This document shows, in pieces, positions 13,984 through 27,603 of a stretch of 64,000 bases of DNA; the stretch's first letter is position 1; the number at the start of each line of letters is the position of its first letter. The stretch comes from Schmidtea nova (lineage: Eukaryota), in assembly GCA_044892505.1 (NCBI GenBank), contig CM097883.1:347262001-347326000 (forward strand). The letters are read 5' to 3'. Position numbers and translations under genes: made by a program. The notes beneath the pieces were generated by a model, which saw only the letters and a list, made by a program, of their open reading frames with translations, made no database searches and was not told where the DNA came from.

Positions 13984-14499
13984 ACAAGAAATGTAGTTTT
14001 TAGGGAAATTTTTAAAAAGTGATGTTTTCCTTATTTTCTCTGAGTTATTAAATGTATAACTTTGATAGTTTAGCAATTAATTACCCGTCATAGGGCTGCT
14101 GGTAACGAACTAGATAACCATAAACACCAACTTAAGTTATTAATATTAGTTATACACATTAAAAATTTTCAACTCTTGTCATTTAGTTAAACCTATGGCG
14201 ATTCTTGTGAAATTATTAATGAATCAGATAATATAATTTTCCTTTTATTTGTTTGATATTTACTTAAAGTATTTGCATGGCCTTGATGAAATAATAAATA
14301 CTTCCTTGTTCAAAAATAATTGAGCTATTTGAATAATTTAAAAAATATAATTTAATTATAAGTTTAATTATATAAATAGCCTTGATCTCAAAAGGTTCCC
14401 TAATTACAAAATAATCGATATTAATAAAAATTTTTAATGATGTGTTAATCAATAAATTATTTAATGCAATAAAAAGAAAAATGAATTTTTACAGACAAG

Positions 14500-14808
14500 G
14501 ATCATTCATGCCCTCATGTAAATGTTGCATATGAATGCTAAAAAGATGAATTCAATATAAAATTTAATTATCAACTACCAAACAGCCATGTACTAAATGT
14601 GTTGGATTAGAAGATTTTTCATTCAATACAATCCCTTCAAAATCAACATTCACTATCAACTATTAATGAATTCATTAAGGCGGTAGAAGAGGCTTATGAT
14701 GAAATTGATAATAACAATCTAAATAAAAAATTTAACTTTACAACCAAAAATGAAATCAATAATTCTTATAGAAAACAACAGTTATAAGTTGAGTCATGTC
14801 AAGGATAA
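14500..14808 (+). pseudogene. Tc1/mariner (DD39D-like) transposase C-terminal fragment
   Basis: DHSCPH...YQLPNSHVLNVLD*KIFHSIQSLQNQHSLSTINEFIKAVEEAYDEID resembles the QPPNSPDxNVLDLGFFxSIQSLQ motif; contains stops. Confidence 0.7.
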
Positions 14809-17800
14809 GAATAAGTAAAAACTGATTTACCAGTATCGTTGAACTGGTGTGGAGGTAGTAAGAAAAATCAAATATTTCCTGGAATAAAATAATTAAAATT
14901 TTGTTAGTTTATTTTTAAATTGTATTTTTTAGTGAAAAACAATTTTAGAAATAAACAATTTTAGAGGACCCACAAATATATTTTGCACTTTTAATATTTC
15001 AATTTTAAACGTATAGAATACACAATAAAAGTTTGTCATATGTTAATGAAAATATTTCATTATGTTAGAACCTAACATAAGTGTATAAACGAATTAACAT
15101 AAATTTGTTTAATATTGGACTTCAAATAAAATTGACACAATTGATTTACGTTGCTTGTAAATAATAATAATGCTTGCCGACAAATAAATAAGACGAAATG
15201 TTTTATAAAAAATACATTATTCACTTATTTAAATTGTACAAACTTGATTAACAAATAAAATTCACAAATAGGTTATGTTTCATTATACTAAAGAACTTTA
15301 TCGGTTCTTCCAAATCGTTCTCAGGTGTTTATTAATGACTCAATCTGAGGCTAATAATTTCCAACAACTTCGTTCTATGAAAAATGGTATAAAATTTGTG
15401 GATGCCAATAAATTCGCATGATAGTATTAAAGAGTAGAATTGGTTAATACTGTCTTAAGGAATTCCCCTGTTGAGTATTTAAATAGGGAGGAAATTAAAT
15501 GGTAATAAAAGAAATACCAAAGCTTCAACTAGATATCGGAATAATTAAAAAAAATGTGTTTTGTTCTTTTAATAAGTCAATATATACAAAAAATAATGCT
15601 ATTACCTTGATATTGTCTAATTTTTTTTACTGGAACAAAGCGGTTTCACCCATCATTAATTGAATAAATGTGCTAAATAAAACCCAAAATTGTTTGAACT
15701 CGAATGGGGTTGTCTCTAAATAGATATCTGCTACGATTTTAAATAAATTGTCAAAACTAATTATTTTTACAATGATGTGTGAGTATCTAATTCACTTCAA
15801 TCAATACACCGTGTCAAGATCCTGACTCGTCGGTCTCTGAATTGTCTTATAAGCACTTTTTGATCTAATCAAATTTATGTCGTACATATTTACAGGTGAC
15901 CTTTAATTATATAATTATTATTATTTTATAACTAATTTTTAGTATTTATTTATTACTATTTTTGAGTATTATTATTGTTATCTATATATAGTCATTTCCT
16001 ATTAAACTGTAGTCTATATATAGTAATTTCTTAATTACCATTTATAATAATTTTTTAACCCAACACTGAAAATTTTCCAAATATATTTATTAACAATTCA
16101 AATTTAAATTAAATATAGGAAAAACATGTTTTATTGTGAAAAATGACTCTGTATGTCTTTTAAAAGTTTATTGTACTGTGGTATTTCTGTGATTTTTGCT
16201 TTGATAACAATAAGATTGAACTTATAATTGAAATGTTAAATTATTGAATTGAACGAATCACTATTTTTTACAATAGTAATAACCTCGTTAGCCGCCACGT
16301 GAAGCAAGTACTTGTATTAATCGAATCCATAAGAACAAATTATAATAACACGTTTATTAATTAAAAAATCCAAATGTTATTAAAACAAATTATAACGTTA
16401 ATTTGTTTGAGGAGTTTCTAAAAACAATAATTAATGTATAAGTAAGGATTTCAACATACAATCAAACATGCACATCATCATACCATTATATTTTAATACA
16501 AATTACAAAAACGCCCCACAACACTTATACGTCAATTAGCCATTTGTGGCTACCGTGCCACACCGTCTCCACATTGGGTCTTCTGAGGTACTTTGTCTCC
16601 ATATTTCCATTCCTACTCTCCTCGTAATATCGCAGAGTTCGTTCCGTCAGTGTATCTGTTTTTCTATCCTTCAGGAGTGTCCTTTCGCATTTAGGTGTGT
16701 TTAGATGGTAATATAACACCACAGGGATATCGTCGAGGATCCTTTCAATCTTCCTCATGATCTCCTTCTCGGTATCGCACATAGAGTTTTCCATGATTTC
16801 CTACCTATCGTAAGAAAATTCATTTTTAAATAACGTCACACTTCGGTACATACTTGAATTGTCGCATTATAATTTATTCAGCGTGATGATATTTTGAATA
16901 ATTAATCACTGTTACGAATGCAAATTATTCGGATTATTCCTAACGTGTTTGTTTGATGTATAGTACGCTCATTATATGCCGCGAATGATTATGCTAAATC
17001 GTAACTACGTCAAATTCTCTGGTGTAATTTTATCCTAATATTTAGTGATTCGTAAGTATTTGTTAGCTCGGTTACCCGTTATCAGTTGAAAATGGAGTTA
17101 ATTTATGGACCTAATGATGCTATTACTCGTTAGTCGTTTAGGTTCACTGAGCCGTTAATTAATGCAAATTTAGAATTTAGTGTCTTATCAGTTAGATATT
17201 TGTTGTTACATTTTATTCAAGAAAATCCGAATATTCCGCAGATACCACCACCCTGCTTTATCGACTTATTCATATTATCTTATTTTCACTGTGGCTTTAT
17301 AAACCAATGACATTCCTTATCAGCGCTCCGGACCGCGATATATCTTACCTTCAAGTCACTCTGACAAAAATTAAGTTTTTCATTTGCTGGAAAATCGGAG
17401 ACTGGTGAGCCTCTCGCTTTTGGAAAACGTATTCATTCACTTAGGGACAACGCTCGAAAGCCCGGATCTGCCTCTGAGAAATCCAGCCCTTCGCCTGTTG
17501 GAAACTTGTGGCTGGTTAGCCTTAAAGTTCCAACATTTTATTTATTTATTGATTACGCAAAATATAAAGCACGAGGGTCTATCCGTAATTGTTAATATCA
17601 AGTCATTAATGAAGACAAAAATGAAAAATTACTTAATATCGATCCACAAAGCACAGTTATGCTTTTACACAGTTACAATGAAGACTAAGGTAAAAATGAT
17701 GTTTAAATATTATATTACAAACTAGATAACTAATACATATACGTGTATTTGTATTTGCTTGATTCAAATGATTTTGGCTGGGTCTTTATATACTTATTTA

Positions 17801-19389
17801 TTATATATAAAAATAAATCATATTCACAGTGATAAGAGGCCGGATTAAGATCATTGGAGGTTCTAAACACTTAAAAGACCTTAGTGTCCTCGTATATATG
17901 TAATCCAAAATATAAACAATAATAAACCGTTAAATAAAACTTTATTTATCGAAATAAAAATCTTACAGTAGAATGAACAATAATGTTTATTTTTGTATAC
18001 TTTCACTTTATTTATATGTGAAAATTCCTATCTACTTTTTAATTAGTCTTTCATCAGATTTTAATAGAGATATGCCATTTCAACTGAAAAAATGAACGCT
18101 CAAATGAGCAATTTGTGACCATTTATGTTAAAATATACGAAAGCCAATGTGTACATTTGAAAAGACACTCAATATGGTTTTCTACAATTATTTTGTAAAG
18201 TTTAACATGACTAAATCTTGTTTTTACATTTTTTGCTTAATTTAATATAAAATTAAAAAAATATCTCTTTTTATGTTAGTTAATAACCTGTCGATGAAAA
18301 ATCATATCAACCAATAAAAATGATAAATACAATGAAAAATCATATCACCCAATAAAAATGATAAATACAATGCAATATATTTGTTTCGCTCCATGTTGTT
18401 ATTTTAATCCTGATATTTTGAAGAAAAATAGTTAAACAGAGAATGCTAGCTTTCAGGATCAAAGCAAAAATCCATAAGACCTCCTTATTCATTTTGTGAA
18501 AATGGCGTTATACATACACAACATATATATATATATATATATAATGTAATATCTCAAAAAAATTTACAAGTTACGTAATCATATTTTATTGAATATCCAT
18601 AATAACATTACGTAAGAGTAGTAAAGTTCCATGTATCTGTTATATAATGTAAAATATTTAACTGTAGGAATTACGGGAGTGGATATATGATAACTTCGCA
18701 ATACTTTATCTATTTTATTTATTTGGTTAATTAATGATATAATCGACAACAAAAAAATAAAAAATTTCTAATTTATTTATTAAACATTTTTCGAAAATTT
18801 TTAACTTTATTATTTTTTCAACAATTTTACAAAAATATTGAGATTTTATAAGTAAAAAAACTGCGCTCCTCCGAAAAATTTCCACATAAATAGTCTCAAC
18901 TCCGACAATTTCAAAAAAATAAATATAAAGCGCAAAGGGATAAAAATATATTTGCACATAAATTTTATTTGATTTACATAAAATTACTTCATCCCACACA
19001 AATTTTATTTTTGACACATATTAGATAAATAAAATAAATTTTATGTGCGAAAATACCCAACAAAACACAAAGATGAAGAGTTATACATAATAAAATTCTC
19101 TTATAAAATTTTAAGTCGTCACTTTTAATATACAATTTGATCAAGCTTGTATATTAAACTTAATAATAATGTAAATTTATACATAAAAGATGCTTAATTT
19201 ATGACACTAATTCATTATACAATAAAATAATTAAAAAATATAAAAAAAACATTTTACATAATTAAAATAAACTAATAAAGAAAAAATAAAACATTATAAT
19301 TAAAATAATTAAAAAAATTAAAAAAATAAAACATTATAATTAAAATAATTAAAAGTAAAACATTAAAAAATTATTATAGTTATTATTAT

Positions 19390-20283
19390 TGTTGGGGTTG
19401 TTATAATCACAGAAAATAAATTTAAAATTGCACAAATCAATAAAAATACAAAAAATTGGAAAAATAATAATTAATGTTCAAACATAAATTAAAATAAAGT
19501 TTGAGCGGGGGAAACTGGTATGGGAGGATGCCAAACGACGAGACGAATTCGAATATGGGTATATAAAAATAAAAAGGGGCCCCAGAAGGAAATAATTAGA
19601 AAATACAAATTAATTAAAATAATTAATTATTCTATAGAAAACCCGAGCTAATGGGAAACCCGAGCTAGTAGGAAATCTGAGCGATGTGGGAAACCCAGGG
19701 CATCAGCGAGGTCATTAAAATATCGAAATAAATTGAATGCCCCAGGGAGAGCCGGAAAAACCATTAGCGGCAAAGATCCAATTGGGACCAAGCAGATTTA
19801 ATTAGTTTTCTTCTTCGACAAGATCCGATTACGACCAAGCAGATTTAATTAGTATCCTTTTTCGACAAGATCCAATTACGCCGACAGAATGGCAACAAAA
19901 AATGGTATAAAAAACGGAGAACAAAGTGCCGAAATTGCCAGTTGGTCAAAGCTAATTTCTCGAGCCAAAAAAGTGGTCGAAGATAAATTTCAAGCATAAA
20001 CAGAACCTGTCAAACAACTAGAAGCTATTTGGAGGAAGCGTGTAGAGAAAACCAAAGGTAGAAATTAAATTTAAATCTTCTTGCGTGCCAGAGAGGGAGA
20101 TATCCCATTGGGTGTTCTACCCTCACGCGGAAGAGTGCAGAGCATTAGGAACTTTCTGTGATAAAAGTGTTATTATTCATTGGAAAAATAATATAAAGTT
20201 ATTGTGTTGGGTTTCATTTATTTTCGTTATTGAAAGAGAACACAGGAGTCAGAAATTACCGACTTCACAATAATAACCCAACA
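19390..20283 (+). mobile_element. 5' LTR (family A, 894 bp) of a Gypsy element
   Basis: TGTTGGGG...CCCAACA termini; internal short tandem repeats (gaaacccgagcta; gaccaagcagatttaattag); followed by PBS and gag; homologous to the reverse complement of 25001-25898. Confidence 0.8.
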
Positions 20284-20287
20284 TATT

Positions 20288-20305
20288 TGGTGAGCCCGAC
20301 GTGAT
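20288..20305 (+). promoter_or_regulatory. Primer binding site, tRNA-Trp type
   Basis: TGGTGAGCCCGACGTGAT lies 4 nt after the LTR CA end. It differs at 1 of 18 positions from the known tRNA-Trp PBS TGGTGACCCCGACGTGAT. Confidence 0.85.
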
Positions 20306-20565
20306 CAAAGTCGGTGAAGCATTTCCAAAAAGAAATTAAATATTTATTGGCAAAAAGAAATTGAAAGTTGCAGTAAACTTCTGAGTCGGTGAAATTTGTT
20401 TTGAAATTTTGAAATTGATTAAAAAGTCAGTAAATTGAATCAAGGATTAATAAAAGTTTGTTGAAAATTGTGGAAAGATTTATACTGTTGAAAATTAAAA
20501 TAAAAGGTAAATTTTATAATTGATATATTAAAATTTAGAAGAGAAAAATTTGTACCAAACCGACT

Positions 20566-21064
20566 ATATTACGAATTGAGAAGTAATAAACAACCAGAAA
20601 CAAAAATGAGTAACACAAACGGTCATGATGACACACCCATGTCCACCAGCAACGGTAATGGCAATGACTGCTAGCTGCCAGAAACTGCCAGTAAATCAGT
20701 ATGGAGGCGATCCGGTGGAATTCGTTGATTTTATGGCGGATTACTACATGTACGCTACAGCCTATGGATCGAGCCAAGCGACAATGGTGCAAGGGTTGCC
20801 ACTTTATCTAAAGGGAGCAACGAGAGAAGCCTGGCAACAAATTGACAAAAGAACAATTGCTAATGACTGGATGAAATTGAAAGATGCCTTAGCCGCGAAA
20901 CTCATTGGAGGGGATATAAAACGGACAATGCGGCAGAGGTTCTATAATCGAGTGCAAAAATCAGAGGAATCGGCAAGTGAATTTGCGTACCACTTGACTA
21001 CTCTTGCAGAGAATTTATAGGTCGTTCAGCAATAATAGAGAGATTTTGCAAATTCAAATTTGTA
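20566..21064 (+). pseudogene. Ty3/Gypsy gag capsid N-terminal part (frameshifted, runs into an N gap)
   Basis: SCQKLPVNQYGGDPVEFVDFMADY...LPLYLKGATREAWQQI...DWMKLKDALAAKL...FYNRVQKSEESASEFAY has a retrotransposon-gag pattern and lies downstream of the PBS. Confidence 0.85.
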
Positions 21065-22255
21065 NNNNNNNNNNNNNNNNNNNNNNNNNNNNNNNNNNNN
21101 NNNNNNNNNNNNNNNNNNNNNNNNNNNNNNNNNNNNNNNNNNNNNNNNNNNNNNNNNNNNNNNNNNNNNNNNNNNNNNNNNNNNNNNNNNNNNNTAAGTG
21201 GGTATAAATATGAATAATGATAATACTAAAAGAAATCTATGTATTTTTCACAGGCAGGTATCCAAAAATACAGAGATCTAATTGGTTAGAACATCTATAA
21301 TATAATTATCGATTGAATAACCTCATCTCCTCGTAGAAGAAAAATGCCACATCTCCAACTAGTGTAAAGCATGCTGATTACATCTCCGATAGTTAATTCT
21401 ATTGCTTCGTTTCAGTTGTAAACGTCGTGATTATATCCAGAAAGCTCTATTTGAGAAAATAAGTTTTATTGCGCAAAAATTACACGAGACAAATTTGGAT
21501 TTCCTTCGGATGAAATTAAAATCTCTTTTTTGCAAATTTTTGGGATAAAAATTCGTGTGTAAATCTGTGATATATAGATAAATGTATAAATATTTATAAT
21601 AAATATATAAAATATAACTATATAAATATGTAAATATATAAATATAATAAAATATNNNNNNNNNNNNNNNNNNNNNNNNNNNNNNNNNNNNNNNNNNNNN
21701 NNNNNNNNNNNNNNNNNNNNNNNNNNNNNNNNNNNNNNNNNNNNNNNNNNNNNNNNNNNNNNNNNNNNNNNNNNNNNNNNNNNNNNNNNNNTTGATAAAT
21801 ATAATAAAAATAAATATAAATATAAAAATAAAGTAAAATAAAATAAAATATTAACTTACAAAATTGGCCAGATGGCCGCATTAAATATTTTGGGGAAAAA
21901 TTGAGAAAAATAAATTAATGGGGAAAAAACCACTTCTTACCGATTATATTGCGGCGGCAGCCTTTGAGGGCGATATCGGAGAAGCTGACCGCATAAAATT
22001 TGAGCAACATGGCAAGGCAAATGGGATTTCCCNNNNNNNNNNNNNNNNNNNNNNNNNNNNNNNNNNNNNNNNNNNNNNNNNNNNNNNNNNNNNNNNNNNN
22101 NNNNNNNNNNNNNNNNNNNNNNNNNNNNNNNNNNNNNNNNNNNNNNNNNNNNNNNNNNNNNNNNNNNNNNNNNNNNNNNNNNNNNNNNNNNNNNNNNNNN
22201 NNNNNNNNNNNNNNNNNNNNNNNNNNNNNNNNNNNNNNNNNNNNNNNNNNNNNNN

Positions 22256-22544
22256 AATAAATAAACCTTAAAATTTTCTTCAAAGGTAAATTACTGTTTT
22301 CAAAAAAGGTTTTTTGTCTTATTGATGATTCTTTTCTGCACGGCCTAGAATATCGATACCTTAACCCATCAGAAGTTTTTTTCGAGGGTATCAGGTCCAT
22401 AAATTGATTACAGTTCACTTTCGGGCAAATTTTATGAATTGGTAAAAGCCCTAAACCTTGTAAAAATGTAATGGTTTGCTCGGTTGTTTGCGTATTAAAA
22501 TGAATTAAATTTTCATTTACATTGTCCAAGTCAATAAAATCCAT
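22256..22544 (-). pseudogene. Merlin/ISXO2-like transposase N-terminus (rest in N gap)
   Basis: FLQGLGLL...ICPKVNC...M...DGLRYR...CRKESSIRQKTFFENSNLPLKKILRFIY, typical of eukaryotic Merlin N-termini. Confidence 0.7.
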
Positions 22545-23628
22545 AAATTAATCTATTAATTAATTAACTTTTTTATTTAATATTTTAAAAACTGACCAAT
22601 CATTTGCTGTGGGGGGAATTCCGAATTTGTACCCAATTTTTAACAAATATCAATATTAATTTGTCAAAGTTAACAAAAAACTCTTGATTTCAAATCATGT
22701 AAAGGGAATATTTGATCGATTAATATTTTTCATTATTATAAATTTGATAATTTTTTTCACTGTTTTTAAATTTATCTTAATTGTTGAAATATCTTTAAAA
22801 ATATTTTTAATTTACTCAAAACAAAAATACAAAATAATTATTTGGAGATATTTTATTGGAAAGGTTCTTTTCGAGTTTTTCTTTGTAACATTTGATCATA
22901 ATTGAGGTGTGATAAAATATTTTATTTAATCTCGTTAAGCAATCATAGCAAGAGAGTTCATAAATTAGGTTATAATATTCGTGGAGTTCTGTTCTATGAC
23001 TTTAAATTGTTTCATATTTCTGAGGTGCATCATTAGATATTTGTTGTATCCGATCATTTTGGCTAATTAGATATTCTTTATTGTTAAGACAATCAAAAAT
23101 AATTAATTCTTTTGTAATTTTTACATTTGATAGAGAACTCTGTCAATAAAGTTATTGAAGTTTTGGACTCAGTACTGAAAAGGTTGTCGGCGTCATTGCC
23201 AAATGATTTTAAACATTTTTTTAAAACAATTTCAATTTTTGATGAACAAAAATAAATTTTTGTATTTAATTTTAAATTCCTTCAACAAATTTCTAACGAT
23301 TGGTACTTTGTTTTGCATTAGATCTTGCTTGTTTTCTAACAAACTTATTTAAATGATTATAGATGTATATTATTATTTTTACTTTCACCAAGGAAGTTAT
23401 GTTTTTTTCGCAGTATATGGTTGTTTGTTTTTTCTACTGACGGTGTACAAAATGTTTAAAAATTTCTCAGACTGCAAACAAAGTTTTCCTTGCTTTTATT
23501 TAGGTGGGGAGGATTTCCTTTCGTCTATTTCATGACCCTTGGCCGATGTCTGCAGTCTGCATAATACCGAATGAATTTTGATAGTTAATATTTCCAAAAA
23601 TCTATTCACTTTCAACCGAATAATCTTG

Positions 23629-23692
<64 letters not shown>

Positions 23693-25000
23693 TAAGTTTG
23701 TTTTATTTATTGCGAGACTCTTTTCGCGGATCCTGGTTCAGCGTCACCATATACAGTATTGCATCATATAACCAATAGGCCATTGTAAATTCTGTAATGT
23801 AAAATTTCCGTATTGCACTCTTCCCTTTATTCCTTATTTTGCTTAATTATTACTCCACTTCTGAAGTGATCTTGAAATGTCTTGGATCAAATTGGGAATC
23901 AGGAATAAATATATTGTTATTTAAAATTCTTTATGAATAAAAAGTGGTCGTGAGAGAAATATGTAGTTTTTTGATGCATTTGATCAATTATTTTTGTAAA
24001 TTTTACTCTTAAAATTAATATATTCATTTTATTTCAAAATTATTTTATATTTTTTAATTATTATCCAAATAAAATTTAGAATTTTTCCAACCTTTTCAGA
24101 GAAGAATTTTAGTCAGCTAACTTGTTCTTATCTTTTCTCATCTGTTTAAGTTAGTTTCGAATAGATCCTATTCTTGCGTTGATTCTTTGGACAGATTTGG
24201 GCAGTTCTTCCATTTTCTAGAAATGCATATAATATTTATTGACAGTTACCTTCACTGCATGCCAATACAACACAAGAATTTGAGAAGACAATTAACATTT
24301 TTCTTTCAATCTAGACGGATACATATTTAGTAAAACTCAAGTATTCTAATAAAACTTTTCACAATCAACAATTCACTACGAGTTGGCATCATGCTATTTT
24401 ATCATAAACTTAATAATGCAATTCAGATTTCGTAAATTCTAAAAGAAAACTTCCTACACAACTCTTAGTATTCGGAATCACCCACAGTGTTCCTATCAGA
24501 TACCACGTTGCTACCTTTTTTATTCCTAGAGTTTTCATTTCTATCTGCAACAAAGGTTTGTGTTTACTGTTACGCGAGTCTACAAATATGGATGAATTAT
24601 ATTAGGGTTAGATTCAATACAATAACAAACTGATTATTATTTCGAAATTTTAAATCTTTCTCAGTAACTGAGTTTTACGATTCCAGGCACTATGCTTATC
24701 GTTTTCGAAATGAGACTGTTTAAAATGTGCTGTTACCAAATTTATAAATTCATTGAGTTAAGTAGAACAATTTTCTTGCATTCACAAGCGTAATATGAAA
24801 CAGAAGCAAGAGGATTTATCCGTAAATATGTTCGTAAATTGGATCGTCGTGAATTACTGGATAGAAATAGATGAAGTTGTTTTTGGTAATCCTTGAGTAT
24901 GAAGTGTCGATTAATAGTTTGGTGGAAAGTTGATTGTCCCCGGTCCGATTTGATATTACAAAAGTGTTTGCTCTTTGAGAAAAAAAACAGTTGTTAGTTG

Positions 25001-25898
25001 TGTTGAGTATTTATCAATAAGTCGCGGTTGTTGTCGGACTCCTTGGTGTATTTATAGGAATTATTCAAGAAACCCAAAACAGTAAGATTTTTTCGAATAT
25101 ATGACGACTTTACAACACTTATTCAATACAATTTTTAATGACAATTTCTTTACACAATTTCAACTTCGCTACTTTTCCAATTAAAGCGTCGGGATAAGTT
25201 TCTCAAAGGAAGATCTCCCTTTCTGATACAAAACTTAGAATAAATTTGATTCTGAATGACACTAGACCCTTCCGTTGTCTTACTTTTACTCACTTCAAGT
25301 TTTTTTTACCACTCTGGCAAACTTTGAAACTTATCTCTCTTTTATACTGTTCGTCTTTATTGAATCCTCCTATCTGATATAGTTATTTAGTGGGTGCCTC
25401 TCAAAGTTTGACAACTTATTTTATTTTTCCTGGGTCTTCTCTACTACCTAATTTATTGTTAATTTAAAGATTATTTACTTCCCCTCAGGGTAATTACTTT
25501 GCCATCAATTGGGTTCTCAGGTTTTCCTCGTAATCAAATTTATTGGGAATAATCGCATTATCTTGTTGATCATCCGGGTTTCTCACACTACGTGGGTTCT
25601 CCGTTGGCTCGAGTTTCCCATTAGTTCGGGTTTCTCATTAGTTCGGGTTTCTCATTAGCCAATTAACTTTTAATTAATTTGTTAATTTTACAATTATTTT
25701 ATTCTGATTTTATTTTACCATATTTGAGTTCGTCTCACCATTTGGCATACGCCTACACTAATTCCCCCCGCCACATGTTTATTTTAAGATTTTCAATTAA
25801 TTTTTTTTGCACTTTAATTATTTTCTAAATTTAATATTTTTATGATTTGCTTTTAGTTTTTATTTTTATATTTGAGCCTGTTTTGTTAAACCCCAACA
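25001..25898 (-). mobile_element. LTR (family A, 898 bp), solo or 3' LTR
   Basis: Reverse complement has TGTTGGGG...CTCAACA termini and shares ggcggggg(g)aa...atgccaaa..gagacgaa and gaaacccga.ctaatg blocks with 19390-20283. Confidence 0.75.
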
Positions 25899-26709
25899 GT
25901 TTTGTTAGCGCAAGTAAGAGTCATTTTTTGAGTCTGGGTTCTAGTTTTTTTATCGTCTAAACCTGCATCTTTTTATATAGGACTTTTCGTTATGTTTTCT
26001 CGTTGAAATTTTTCAGAGTCAAATTTTTTTTCATTTTTCGGAGTATTGAATTTGTTGAGCAAAAACTGAATACAATTAATTTGAGAGCGATCGATAACAT
26101 AGCATGTAGAGATCGCACAAGAAGTATAATCAAATATCTGAGAAAATATCAAATAAACAAAATTAATTAAAACCACAGGAAAAATTAATTAAAACAATAG
26201 TAAGAACTAATCTGAACAAGAACAACAAGTTACCATGAAAAAACATAAACATTACAAATTAACAAAAGTACATTAAAGAATTAGGTAAATAGAAAAATAC
26301 AAAGAATTTATAATTTTTATTTTGGTAGCTTAAATACGAAAAATGTAAAAAAACTGTAAAAATTAAAATTAAAGTAGTTATATATATAAGTATTTATATA
26401 TAAAATTTTATGTAAAAATAAACTTACTTAAAAAATAAAATAATTTTTTTAAATTAAATCAAACAGAAAAGAATTCTAGAAGCTTTTATTTTATTGCATC
26501 AATAAAAATAAATGCTGTGAAAATGGTATAAATAATTATGCCATTTTCATTATTTCTAACAATCTTTTAAGAATTTGGATAAATTTTCGCGTAGAAGAAT
26601 TATGTATTCTTTCCTAAAACTTTAACAATAGTATCAGGTAAAAGAAAAACATCTCTCATACAGTTAAAAAGTATAATTCAGAGGCGTGTTGTTCCTTAAA
26701 GATTTCTTG

Positions 26710-26930
26710 AAGAGACATCATTCTGATCATACCAATTTTGGAATTCCTTTCTGTTTTCATGCACTTATTAATTATAAGTGACCTTTCTCTGCTTTATTGT
26801 TTTATTTTGTTACTCCTTCCTAATTTTTCAATTTTTTCGCTTTTCCGTTTTCTTACTCAAATTCCAAAATGCTATCTCAATCATCTATCGGTTCCCCCAA
26901 GCTTTTTCAATAACAATAATGTTAACAATG
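26710..26930 (-). repeat. Fragment of family-B LTR
   Basis: ccaattttggaattcct...ttattaattataagtgacct...aatgctatctcaatca..tatcgg is shared with ~7450-7600 and ~34440-34625. Confidence 0.75.
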
Positions 26931-27240
26931 ATTTGTATGTTAATACTTAATAATAATAGTAATAATCATTTTAATAAGTACTTAAGTCTTTTTCATGGAA
27001 TTTAAACAGATTACGAAATTCTCTTTTGTAATTAAAACAATAAATATTTTTTCTGAGGTAATTAGATCAACAATCTCAGACAATTACAACAAAAGTAACA
27101 ATGATAACAATAATAGTAACAATAGCTATTATAATATCAATAATAATAAAATAATAATACTAATAATTGTACCAATAATAGTGATTATAATTATAGAAAT
27201 TATAATCATAATAATTATAATAGTAGTAATAGTAATTACA

Positions 27241-27302
<62 letters not shown>

Positions 27303-27603
27303 TACTAATGTAAAAAAATTTAATTTTTTATCTCTAATGAAATTTATGTGCCTAACTTTTATTGTTTGAATTATTTTGCATTTTATTTAGTTAATTACTT
27401 TGTTACTTATTTTTTTACAAAAATTTACTTAGATTTTTATTTGGCTCATGTATTATTATTTATTCATTAACTTACAACAATTTTCAGGGTACCTAAAACA
27501 AAATAATTTAAGGATAACTAAATTGTATTGATTTATCACAATTTTTATTGTCGGGTTTCCCTTTTTTATAGGTAGTCACAACTTTTTCTAGCTCCATCTC
27601 TTC

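Noticed and set aside
13894-14076. Poly-Leu, poly-Ile and IY-repeat ORFs (also 26995-27369, 23578-23778, 35976-36158)
   Set aside because: These are translations of AAT/AT microsatellites
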